Shown here: positions 33,502-41,833 of the stretch, piece after piece | Numbering within the stretch: position 1 is the stretch's first letter | Layout: each line of letters starts with the position of its first letter | NCBI GenBank assembly: GCA_038045965.1 | Contig: JBBSXD010000001.1 | Coordinates: 103,474 to 150,743, forward strand | Direction: 5' to 3' | DNA: 47,270 nucleotides | From: Nanobdellota archaeon | GTDB lineage: Archaea > Nanobdellota > Nanobdellia > Pacearchaeales > GW2011-AR1 | Translations under genes and position numbers: made by a program | Notes under the pieces: generated by a model | The model's input: the letters and a program-made list of their open reading frames with translations, nothing else | Databases searched by the model: none | What the model was told of the DNA's origin: nothing

Positions 33502-35172
33502 ATGAAAAAAATAAAAGTTTTCACAATTTTTTTAATGACTTTAGTTTTAGCTTCAGTTTTAGTTTTCGCTGGAACATCAAGCCCTTCTAAATTATTATAT
33601 AATCAGCCTACTACTTCATTAAATGCTACATTAAGTTCACTTGTTACTGGATCTAGTTATAATATTACAACTCCTAATATAGTTCAATCTAATAATGTTC
33701 CTATAACATTTACAGTTACTGGATCTGAAGTTGCTGGTAATGTTTTAACAACATCTGGGACAACATCTACAATAACCGTAGTTACAAATGTAGACTACAC
33801 TCAATTAAAAATTGGTAGTTCATACACTGGCAATATAGTTATAAATCAACAATCTGGAAACGATACTGTAACAATACCTGTAGAATTTGTAAGTTCTTTT
33901 TGTTCTAATGGTGAAAAAGGTGGTAATTTAGAAATCTCAAATGTAGAATTTGATAATAACGATGGAGAAGATGATGAATGGAGTCCATTTGATGAATTAG
34001 AAATAAGTGTAGAAGTTACTAATAATGGTAATGTTAAAATCAAAGAAGTAGTTGTTGAATTAGGATTATATAATTCAAATGGAAAAAATATAGTAAAAGA
34101 TATGGATGAACTAGAAGACAGAAAAATAAAATTAGGAAGTATAAATGACGATAACGAGGAAACTGCTACATTTAAATTTAAGGTTCCAGCAGATTTTGAA
34201 GAAGATAATTATAAATTAGTAATAAAAGCTTATAGTGATAATCTTAATGAAGAGAATGAATGTACTTCAAAAATAGATGATTTTGATACAAATGATTTCT
34301 ATCAGTCTATAGACGGAGTTAGAGAAGAAGAAGAAGAAAAACACATCATATTTAGCAATATAAATGTTTCACCGAGTCCTGTTCAATGTGGAGAGAAAGT
34401 ACAGGTTACTGGAGAAATCTTTAATATTGGAGATGAAGACTATGAAGATCAAGTGCGTGTTACTTTAGTTAGTGATGGATTAAAGCTTAATACAGAAAAG
34501 ATTGTTAGAGAAGATTTCAGTCAAGGTGATTCAAAATTAATAGATTTTGAATTCGATGTTCCAGTGGGAACTACAGAAAAATTGTATAATTTAGAATTTA
34601 GAACATATTATGATTATAATAAAGACACTGATAAATATCATATAATCTCTGAAGATAAATTTACAACTTCTTTAAAAGTTACTGGGAATTGTAATGTACA
34701 AAAAGCTAGTGTAGTAATAACTGCAGATTTGAATCCAGAAACACCAGAAGTAGTTGCAGGAAAAAAAGTAATAATTGATACAAAATTAAGTAATACAGGA
34801 GATATTCCTACAACATATATAGTTTCAGTATCTGGAAATTCTGAATGGTCTATTTTATCATCTATAGAACCTCAATCAGTTAATCTTAATCCTGGCGAAT
34901 CTAAAGATGTTAGTATAGCTATAAACGTGGATGAAGATGCTTCTGGAGATAAAGAATTAACAATAAGAGCCGTTTACAATGAACAAATTTCTGAACAAAA
35001 AGTTATTTTAACTATTAACGAAACTAAATCAGAATCTAATGTAAGTGTGGGCCCTTTCTTTGATCACATAAAAAATAACTGGTTCATTTATTTAATAGTA
35101 ATAGTTAATGTAATACTAATAATAGCTATAATTTTAGTTATAAGAAGTATGGTTTCACCAAGACCATTATAA
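33502..35172 (+). CDS. Secreted, C-terminally anchored surface protein with CARDB-like beta-sandwich repeats
   Basis: 556 aa. Sec-type signal peptide ('FLMTLVLASVLVFAG'). Repeated modules of the type 'V.P.P...GE.V.V...I.N.G' and 'LNPGESKDVSIAINV'. C-terminus is 'VGPFFDHIKNNW', a 20-aa TM helix, then 'RSMVSPRPL'. Confidence 0.6.
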   Translation: MKKIKVFTIFLMTLVLASVLVFAGTSSPSKLLYNQPTTSLNATLSSLVTGSSYNITTPNIVQSNNVPITFTVTGSEVAGNVLTTSGTTSTITVVTNVDYTQLKIGSSYTGNIVINQQSGNDTVTIPVEFVSSFCSNGEKGGNLEISNVEFDNNDGEDDEWSPFDELEISVEVTNNGNVKIKEVVVELGLYNSNGKNIVKDMDELEDRKIKLGSINDDNEETATFKFKVPADFEEDNYKLVIKAYSDNLNEENECTSKIDDFDTNDFYQSIDGVREEEEEKHIIFSNINVSPSPVQCGEKVQVTGEIFNIGDEDYEDQVRVTLVSDGLKLNTEKIVREDFSQGDSKLIDFEFDVPVGTTEKLYNLEFRTYYDYNKDTDKYHIISEDKFTTSLKVTGNCNVQKASVVITADLNPETPEVVAGKKVIIDTKLSNTGDIPTTYIVSVSGNSEWSILSSIEPQSVNLNPGESKDVSIAINVDEDASGDKELTIRAVYNEQISEQKVILTINETKSESNVSVGPFFDHIKNNWFIYLIVIVNVILIIAIILVIRSMVSPRPL

Positions 35173-35218
35173 TTTTATTTTAATTAACTATATAAATTAT
35201 TAGTTACTTTTATTTTTT

Positions 35219-36067
35219 ATGGAAGTATCTAAGAAAATTAATTTTGATAAGAAAATAATTGGAATGATTATTATCTTTATAGGATTAACTGGAATATTGA
35301 TTCCTGGAATACCAGGAATACCTCTAATAATCTTAGGATTATCTATATTAGGTTTTGATGAATTAAGAGAAAAAATAAAAGATCTTAAAATTAAGATAGA
35401 GAAAAATAACTTCGAGAAAAAATCTTCTTTGTTAATTAAATTATATTTAATACCTTTAGAATGGATGCTTCTTTTAGAAAAGAAGAAAATAGAGAAAAAA
35501 ATAGATGAGATAAAAGAAGATAAAATAAATTTTAGTAAAAATAAGATATATCTTATTTTATCTAGATACTTAATATTATTGTTAATAGTTTTGATTAGTC
35601 CATTAATTATAGTTTTTATATTAAAACCACTAACAATAAAACTCTCAGTATTTTTGTTAGATATTTTTTATAATATATCAATCAATAGAAATTTAATAAT
35701 AATAAATTATAAAACTTATATTTCTATTATAGATGCTTGTATAGCCGGTTCAGCATATCTTCTTTTATTAATTCTTAATTTAACTACTCCTATGAAAGAA
35801 AATATAAGAATAAAATCTTTTATTTTCTCCTGGATATTATTATTTATTTTAAATATTTTAAGAATAATTATTTTAAGTATATTATATCATGAGGATTTTA
35901 GATATGTAAACTTTACTCATGCTTTTTTTTGGTATGGATTAAGTACTATATTTGTTATATTAATTTGGTTTTTAACTATAAAAATATTTAATATTAAAAG
36001 CATTCCTATATATAATGATTTTTTTTATCTCAAAAATATTTCTTTTTTAAAAAATAAAATAAAATAA
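35219..36067 (+). CDS. Archaeosortase/exosortase-family protein fused to an N-terminal PGPGW/YbaN-like membrane hairpin
   Basis: 282 aa. Residues ~105-282 are polytopic and carry 'IIDACIAGSAY' (Cys), 'LNILRIIIL' (N-x-x-R) and 'RYVNFTHAFFWYG' (Arg/His), in the order expected for exosortase/archaeosortase. Residues 1-50 carry 'ILIPGIPGIPLIILGL'. From motif memory, no search done. Confidence 0.55.
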   Translation: MEVSKKINFDKKIIGMIIIFIGLTGILIPGIPGIPLIILGLSILGFDELREKIKDLKIKIEKNNFEKKSSLLIKLYLIPLEWMLLLEKKKIEKKIDEIKEDKINFSKNKIYLILSRYLILLLIVLISPLIIVFILKPLTIKLSVFLLDIFYNISINRNLIIINYKTYISIIDACIAGSAYLLLLILNLTTPMKENIRIKSFIFSWILLFILNILRIIILSILYHEDFRYVNFTHAFFWYGLSTIFVILIWFLTIKIFNIKSIPIYNDFFYLKNISFLKNKIK

Positions 36068-36650
36068 AAATAATTACAGATATTATTAAAAACCAATTTA
36101 TAATATTTAGATTATTTTTTATTATTTCCATATTTTCACCAAATACATATCCTAAATAAATTAATATGAAAGACCATATTCCAGCTCCTAAACAAGTATA
36201 AATACAAAATTTATCTAATCGCATTTTACTAAATCCGGCAGGGATAGATATCCATTGTCTTATAACAGGTATCAATCTGCCTGTAAAAGTGGTGATCTCT
36301 CCATGTTTATTAAAAAAATGATCAGTTTTATCCAATTTATTATTATCTAAAAGAAACACTTTTCCATATCTTCTTATTAATAATTCAACTCCTTTCCTTC
36401 CAAAATGAAGTGATATAAAATAATTAAATAAAGCTCCTGTTAAACTACCAAAAATTCCCATTAATAAAACTAAAATAAAATTCATTTTCCCTTGCTGAAC
36501 TAAGAATCCTGCAGGAATTAATACCACTTCACTTGGAAATGGAATAAAAGAACTTTCTATAGCCATTAAAATAAATATCCCAAAATATCCTAAACTATTT
36601 ATTATTTCAACAGAATTTTCTGCAATAGAATAAAAAATTTCAATAGACAT
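36030..36650 (-). CDS. DedA / VTT-domain membrane protein
   Basis: 206 aa. 'ESSFIPFPSEVVLIPAGFL', 'RLIPVIRQWISIPAG' DedA-family motifs. The 3' end overlaps the convergent gene by 38 nt. Confidence 0.85.
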   Translation of the reverse strand: MSIEIFYSIAENSVEIINSLGYFGIFILMAIESSFIPFPSEVVLIPAGFLVQQGKMNFILVLLMGIFGSLTGALFNYFISLHFGRKGVELLIRRYGKVFLLDNNKLDKTDHFFNKHGEITTFTGRLIPVIRQWISIPAGFSKMRLDKFCIYTCLGAGIWSFILIYLGYVFGENMEIIKNNLNIINWFLIISVIIFILFYFLKKKYF

Positions 36651-36691
36651 TAATTAAAGAAATAATTACAATTTAAATAATTAATTAAAAT

Positions 36692-37453
36692 TTATTTCTT
36701 GAATCTATCTCCATATTGTTCAAGAATATTTAATACAAATTTCTCACTAACTTTTAAAACCTCACAATCTTTAAATTTTAATTCAAAACAACTTGGTTGA
36801 ATTTCATTTATTACACTTTTATTGCCATCCGTTATTATTATAACAGTACTCAAAGGGTCACACCATTTATGTGTTTCATTATTTGCTTTAGCATAAGCTT
36901 TGTCAGTCACAGCAGACCTTACATTTAATCCCGAATCTCTTAAAAATCCAGATAAAGTTAATAAAGAAATTCCACTATCATCACAAATTTTCATAAAAGG
37001 ATTTATAGAAATATAAGTTGGAGCATATATCTTTGTATCATTTTTCATTATTAAACTAAATTTAATATCTCCTTCATTAACATTAACTGGAATATAATCT
37101 AAACTTCTAGGATCATTTCTTAAATTTATAGCATAATCTCCAGTTACTTGTCCTGTAGTACTTACAACAGGAAATTTAGCAGAGTAAAAAATTAAATCTC
37201 CTAATTGAGTCTTTTGAAAAGTTATTTCATGATATTCAAATTTATTGATAAAATTATTATTAACAAAAGTAATAAGTACTATTATTAAAATAATTCCTAC
37301 CATTAAATAAATAGCCCACCTTAATTGATTTTCATATCTTTTATTTTCTTTGTTACTATCTTCCAACAAGCTTTCTTGTTTGCCATCAGAACCTTCAATT
37401 CTTTTCTCAATTAAATCATCATCTATTTTTTCATCTTTATTCATCAAAAGCAT
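36692..37453 (-). CDS. Membrane-anchored extracellular protein, paralog of 37504-38100
   Basis: 253 aa. Charged N-terminus, one TM helix ('ENQLRWAIYLMVGIILIIVLITFV'), then a beta-rich ectodomain with 4 Cys. The C-terminal half aligns by eye with the neighbouring ORF. Confidence 0.5.
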   Translation of the reverse strand: MLLMNKDEKIDDDLIEKRIEGSDGKQESLLEDSNKENKRYENQLRWAIYLMVGIILIIVLITFVNNNFINKFEYHEITFQKTQLGDLIFYSAKFPVVSTTGQVTGDYAINLRNDPRSLDYIPVNVNEGDIKFSLIMKNDTKIYAPTYISINPFMKICDDSGISLLTLSGFLRDSGLNVRSAVTDKAYAKANNETHKWCDPLSTVIIITDGNKSVINEIQPSCFELKFKDCEVLKVSEKFVLNILEQYGDRFKK

Positions 37454-37503
37454 AGAAAAATTTACTTTTTAAACTTTTTTAATATACATAATATATACTA
37501 AAT

Positions 37504-38100
37504 TCATTTAATATCTAACAGGCTAAATAAATAAGCATCCGCATATTTAGCTTCATTTTCTTTTTTAACAGTTATATAAACACAGTTTTTTTCAGATATT
37601 ATTTCTTCTTTAATATTCATATCTTCAATTTCTATTATATTTCTAATAATTATTATATTATCAGAATCACAATTTTTTATTGGGTAATTTTCTTTACATT
37701 CTTTGTCTAAACAAGCATTACTAATTCTAAGAGCATAATTATCTAATGACCTATACAATTCAGAAAAACCATCTCCAACATTTCCTACAAAATATAAGGG
37801 CTTATTATTATATTTTTCTATATTTTCACTTGTTGAAAATTGAATATCAGAAACTTCTTGAGGATTATATAATGTATAAAATTTATTGCTATTAAAATTA
37901 AAAGTCCAATAACCATTTACATCTCTAACAAATTCTATATCTTTATACTTTATTTTTTCTGTATCATTTTCATTACCATTAAAATTAAAAGCAAATCCTA
38001 TTGTACTAAATATCATCAAAAATATTAATAAAATCCCTACAATTAATTGATTTCTTTTAGCTATTTTCTTTCTTTCTTCATAATTAATTATTTTCTTCAT
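37504..38100 (-). CDS. Membrane-anchored extracellular protein, paralog of 36692-37453
   Basis: 198 aa. 'KKIAKRNQLIVGILLIFLMIFSTIGF' N-terminal anchor (pilin-like K-R-x-Q + hydrophobic). Ectodomain with 'ACLDKECKENYPIKNCDSDNIIII'. Confidence 0.5.
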   Translation of the reverse strand: MKKIINYEERKKIAKRNQLIVGILLIFLMIFSTIGFAFNFNGNENDTEKIKYKDIEFVRDVNGYWTFNFNSNKFYTLYNPQEVSDIQFSTSENIEKYNNKPLYFVGNVGDGFSELYRSLDNYALRISNACLDKECKENYPIKNCDSDNIIIIRNIIEIEDMNIKEEIISEKNCVYITVKKENEAKYADAYLFSLLDIK

Positions 38101-38154
38101 TTGTTAGAATATCATCTTAAGTTTTTAAGGATTTACATTTCCAAATAGTTTATA

Positions 38155-38190
38155 GAAAAATAAAAAAAAAAGAAAAATAAAAAATTAAAA
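38155..38190 (-). terminator. Oligo-T tract immediately downstream of the S-layer gene
   Basis: The minus strand reads TTTTAATTTTTTATTTTTCTTTTTTTTTTATTTTTC right after the TAA at 38192-38194. Archaeal terminators are oligo-T runs, though the AT-rich background lowers specificity. Confidence 0.45.
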
Positions 38191-38191
38191 T

Positions 38192-40822
38192 TTACGCACT
38201 TGCGATTGGATAAACTTGACTTGTTTCAGCATCACTCATAACTCCTTCTAAAGCTTTCTTTACAGCGTTAACTGTATCAGCAGCTTCATAACCAGCAACA
38301 AGCATTGCAACTTTAGAATCACTCCAAGGTGATTTAACAGTTTTGATTATATACTGTCCAGCTCCAACACCTGTCTTCTCAGTAAATGACGAAGTACATA
38401 AAGGTGAATCACTGTCTAAAATTTTAGCAGCAGCTGTATTAATACAACTTCCTCCTACAACAACTAAGTTCTTTCCAGAAACTGAAGTCAATTCTGAATC
38501 TTTAACGATTAGAACTTGTCCACCTGAACCAGTACTTGTTGTTCCTGGTGTAATTGCAGCAGAAGCTTCAGCCATATAAATTTGACCATGAACTTGTTCA
38601 TCTGGATAACTTATAGTAGCTGTTGTCTGATCTGAATCACCAGCATCAGTGCTAGCAATAGTACCCCACAAATCAATATCATCTGTGATATCAGTATTTG
38701 TTTTTCTTGTTGATTCCCAAGATCCTGAATCATTTGTCCAAGTGTCTTCAACATCATTAACTCCGATACCATCATCAGAATTTACTCCATTTTCAACAGT
38801 TAAAACTATTGCCTCATATACATTATTATCATCCTTTTCTTCCCAAAGGACTAATGCAGGAGCATCAATATTGCCTCCACCTGGTTGTGTTAGATAAATC
38901 TTTACAGTTCCATTCAAATTATTATCATTAGTTATATTATAAACTAATTTTCCAATTTGACCACTAATACCGCTATTAGCAGATCCTCCTATTGAAGTAT
39001 TAAGAAGTGTACTAGTTCCATCAATAGCAAATATCCAAGACTTATTATTATTAAGACTGTTAGCAGGTTTAGTAATAGTTATACTTTCATATCCATCTCC
39101 GTCAGGAATTTTAATCTCTGTAAGATTTTTATGAGTTCCTTGTGGAGTATTGTCTGCACCAGTTAAATTAATAACTACTGGCTCATAAAATCCAAACTTT
39201 GCACCTTTTGAGGTTTCTATAGTTGGGTAAATTACAAGAACGTTTGCAGCGCTATCTGGATAGTCAATAGTAACATTAGTTCCAGTATCACCTGTAGCAA
39301 TAGTTGAATCACCAGTCATAGTAACTGTGTATGATAAACCACCAACTGTCAGCGTACCAGTTCCTTCAGCAGTCCATGTTGTATCGATAGTATCTCCACT
39401 AGCAACATCAACAAATCTCGCTTTATCATTACTTGTTCCAGCAGTACTTGAATTAGCAGTACTATCAAGTTTTAGCAAATAACCATCATCTTCATTTCCA
39501 ACAACAACATAATCTCCAACATTCAATATTTCAGATTCTCTTATAGAAATATTTTCATTGTCATCATTATGCATCAATTCAAAAAATTTAGTTCCATTTT
39601 TAGCAAAGATAGTATTGATAGTTTTTCCACGATGTTCTGCGAAAATAACATTCATCAGATCATCACCACTATTTTTTATAGTAAAAGCTTCTCTTGCTGT
39701 AGAATCTCTATCAATATTCAATCCAGCAAAATTTAATTTCATGGTTCCGAAAACAGGGTCTACATAAGACTCTCCAACATTTATTGAATCTTTATCAGCA
39801 GAAGGAGCATCAAAACTAACAGTTAGTTTTGTTAAAGCATCCGGATCTCCACTATAAAATTCAACTACTGAACCATCAATTACTTCATCACTTTCACCCT
39901 TTAAGACAGAACCCCCATCTTCAAGAGTTATTTTGTCTGAACCAGCTACAACAGTAGCTGATAACTTAAGATTTGTTTCATCAGCAACAGTAACAGCAAT
40001 AGTAATTCCATTTACTTTTTTGGATGCAGCCTCATTAATTTCTTTACTTTCAGATTTTCCAGAGCTATCAATAACTTTAATAGTTGCGGCAGTATCTGAA
40101 GAAGAAACTAATTCTATTGTATAAGTAGAACCATCAATAGTAACATCCCCTGAAGGATTACTACTATCTAAAGATAATTTTTCAGCACTTTTCAATAATA
40201 CAATTGTATCATCATCAGTATCAGCACTTATTGTAAATTCCATTCCAAACAAATTAATAGTTTCTCCTTCAGAATCTGCATGAGTGAAATTCACTGCTTT
40301 GCTAAAAGTAGCTGTAGCATTCCACATAGGTTTAGTATTTGTTGTACTTGTTTTAATACCTAATACTGGATCAGTCGAACTTGTCGGCTGCTTTTCAAAA
40401 GTAATTTTTGGATCAGGTCCAATCTCAATTGTCTGAGTAATTTTAGAATCTACATTTCCTGAGAAAGTAGTTTCTTTAAGTACGTTTGGCATATCATCTT
40501 TTGTTACAGTTGTTTTAACAAGATTTAAACTATCATTTATATAGAGTTTTGTTCCACCACTAAATAGGGGAGTAGCTTCTCCGATAACAGCAGCACTCGA
40601 TGTACCTGTTGATGAGCTAACCAAAGCTCCTAAATTTTGTTGAACATCAATTGCAGAAGTTAAATCACTTACAGCAGCATTTGCACCCCATACAACAGCA
40701 GCGTCTGCTGTTCCATCTTTAACAAAAGGTTCAGGATAATTTGCAGCCATAGCAAAACCTATAGTACTAGATAACATAACCGCACTAGTTAATACACTCG
40801 CTATTTTTTTAAAATTAAACAT
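38192..40822 (-). CDS. S-layer protein (Methanococcales-type N- and C-terminal S-layer domains)
   Basis: 876 aa. Signal peptide 'VLTSAVMLSSTIGFAMA'. 'ANYPEPFVKDGTADAAVVWGANAAVSDLTSAIDV' N-domain pattern. C-terminal 'KNLVVVGGSCINTAAAKIL...AMLVAGYEAADTVNAVKKAL' pattern. T/S/G/D/A-rich with no C-terminal TM. Strong GGAGGT Shine-Dalgarno. Confidence 0.8.
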   Translation of the reverse strand: MFNFKKIASVLTSAVMLSSTIGFAMAANYPEPFVKDGTADAAVVWGANAAVSDLTSAIDVQQNLGALVSSSTGTSSAAVIGEATPLFSGGTKLYINDSLNLVKTTVTKDDMPNVLKETTFSGNVDSKITQTIEIGPDPKITFEKQPTSSTDPVLGIKTSTTNTKPMWNATATFSKAVNFTHADSEGETINLFGMEFTISADTDDDTIVLLKSAEKLSLDSSNPSGDVTIDGSTYTIELVSSSDTAATIKVIDSSGKSESKEINEAASKKVNGITIAVTVADETNLKLSATVVAGSDKITLEDGGSVLKGESDEVIDGSVVEFYSGDPDALTKLTVSFDAPSADKDSINVGESYVDPVFGTMKLNFAGLNIDRDSTAREAFTIKNSGDDLMNVIFAEHRGKTINTIFAKNGTKFFELMHNDDNENISIRESEILNVGDYVVVGNEDDGYLLKLDSTANSSTAGTSNDKARFVDVASGDTIDTTWTAEGTGTLTVGGLSYTVTMTGDSTIATGDTGTNVTIDYPDSAANVLVIYPTIETSKGAKFGFYEPVVINLTGADNTPQGTHKNLTEIKIPDGDGYESITITKPANSLNNNKSWIFAIDGTSTLLNTSIGGSANSGISGQIGKLVYNITNDNNLNGTVKIYLTQPGGGNIDAPALVLWEEKDDNNVYEAIVLTVENGVNSDDGIGVNDVEDTWTNDSGSWESTRKTNTDITDDIDLWGTIASTDAGDSDQTTATISYPDEQVHGQIYMAEASAAITPGTTSTGSGGQVLIVKDSELTSVSGKNLVVVGGSCINTAAAKILDSDSPLCTSSFTEKTGVGAGQYIIKTVKSPWSDSKVAMLVAGYEAADTVNAVKKALEGVMSDAETSQVYPIASA

Positions 40823-40830
40823 CTTTTTTT

Positions 40831-40836
40831 ACCTCC
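40831..40836 (-). promoter_or_regulatory. Shine-Dalgarno element of the S-layer gene
   Basis: The minus strand reads GGAGGT, 8 nt upstream of the ATG at 40822. It is the strongest SD match I saw in the window. Confidence 0.7.
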
Positions 40837-40945
40837 TTTCATCAATAATAAACTTTATGTCCCAATAGACACTTTTTAGTTTCTATTTTAACACTTTTTT
40901 TCTGTAATCTCTATAAGATCTCTGTTTTTTCTGGCCAGTTTAAAA

Positions 40946-40974
40946 TTCATCGATCTTTTAACGATGAATATTCA
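40946..40974. promoter_or_regulatory. Compound palindrome in the S-layer / wHTH divergent intergenic region
   Basis: TTCATCG (40946-40952) and CGATGAA (40962-40968) are exact reverse complements 9 nt apart. They overlap a perfect 10-bp palindrome TGAATATTCA (40965-40974). The half-site ATTCAT occurs three times. Confidence 0.4.
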
Positions 40975-41221
40975 TTAAAAATTTCTTTTCTTTAAAAAGC
41001 TTTCGTAAAAAATAATCCTAAAAATCATTTTTTTAGAGATTTATTTATAAATAACAAGTTACTATTACACAATTAATATCATTTTATAAAGAATAAGAAT
41101 TATATTAAATAGAATATAGTCTATTTTTTTTAACATATATATTAATTTATAACCAGTATCAATAAAATATATAAACTAGATATATGGATAAATATATATA
41201 CTATATAATTTTATATAATCT

Positions 41222-41578
41222 ATGACAGAGAACAATAAGAAAATTAGATCAATTTCTATATTTGAAAAAGAAGGAACATTTTCTACCTTACTTCACAAAT
41301 TTAAATCCTCTAAAAAACAATCTTCTGAAATAAATTTATTAAGACAATTATTTAGTAATGAAAAAGCAAGACTACTACATATATGTAAAACTAAAGAGCC
41401 AGCTTCTATTTATGAATTAGCAAAATTACTGGGAAGAGATTTTAAAGCAGTTAGACACGATATAAAACTATTAGAAAATTTTGGATTTATAGAACTAATA
41501 AGCTCACACAAACAAGGCCGGGAAAGACTAAGACCTATAGTAGATATAAACGAACTAATTATAAAAATAAATATTTAA
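41222..41578 (+). CDS. Winged-helix DNA-binding protein (ArsR/MarR-like; resembles the HVO_A0114-type family)
   Basis: 118 aa. 'EKARLLHICKTKEPASIYELAKLLGRDFKAVRHDIKLLENFGFIEL' is a clear wHTH. 'RLRPIVDINELIIKINI' is a C-terminal strand typical of that family, as I recall it. Confidence 0.55.
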   Translation: MTENNKKIRSISIFEKEGTFSTLLHKFKSSKKQSSEINLLRQLFSNEKARLLHICKTKEPASIYELAKLLGRDFKAVRHDIKLLENFGFIELISSHKQGRERLRPIVDINELIIKINI

Positions 41579-41795
41579 TAGTTCTTACCAATAGTATAAA
41601 TTTACCAAGTGCGTAAATGATATGAGATAAAACTACTCTGACAAACAGTTATTAATAAGCCCGCTAACACAAGCATAATAATTATTAAGACTAGCCCCCC
41701 TTTCCTAATTTAATTCCACATCTTTTTTTTCAAGAGCTATAATACATTATTCTAAATTAGCTTAAAAATATATTTCACATAAAACTCTAATTTAA

Positions 41796-41818
41796 CATTC
41801 TATTAATAGATTAGAATG
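41796..41818 (-). terminator. Hairpin downstream of the sequon-rich surface protein gene
   Basis: CATTCTA (41796-41802) and TAGAATG (41812-41818) form a 7-bp stem with a 9-nt loop. It lies 16 nt after the stop at 41834 and is followed on the minus strand by T-rich sequence. Confidence 0.35.
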
Positions 41819-41833
41819 ATTATATTAGTAAAA

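Noticed and set aside
36030-36067. 38-nt convergent 3' overlap between the archaeosortase-like gene and DedA as a regulatory antisense arrangement.
   Set aside because: Both C-termini in the overlap are K/I/F/N-rich tails in an A/T homopolymer-rich stretch. Such overlaps are expected by chance in a compact AT-rich genome, and the exact stops may be incidental.
38343-40124. Four plus-strand ORFs (38343-38579, 38649-38897, 39558-39767, 39933-40124) inside the S-layer gene, and 42588-42770 / 43269-43469 inside the sequon-rich gene.
   Set aside because: They are antisense to long uninterrupted ORFs that have signal peptides and recognisable surface-protein features. They are short and fragmented, with no start context.
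38192-40822. The lower AT content of the S-layer gene as evidence for recent horizontal transfer.
   Set aside because: The shift is explained by the Thr/Ser/Gly/Ala/Asp-rich amino-acid composition and by likely high-expression codon choice. Flanking genes show no mobile-element hallmarks. Phylogeny would be needed before claiming transfer.
41222-41578. The wHTH gene as the antitoxin half of a two-gene module with a degraded toxin upstream.
   Set aside because: The 400 bp upstream contains frequent stops in all plus-strand frames, and I could read no remnant ORF. It is kept as a solitary regulator candidate.
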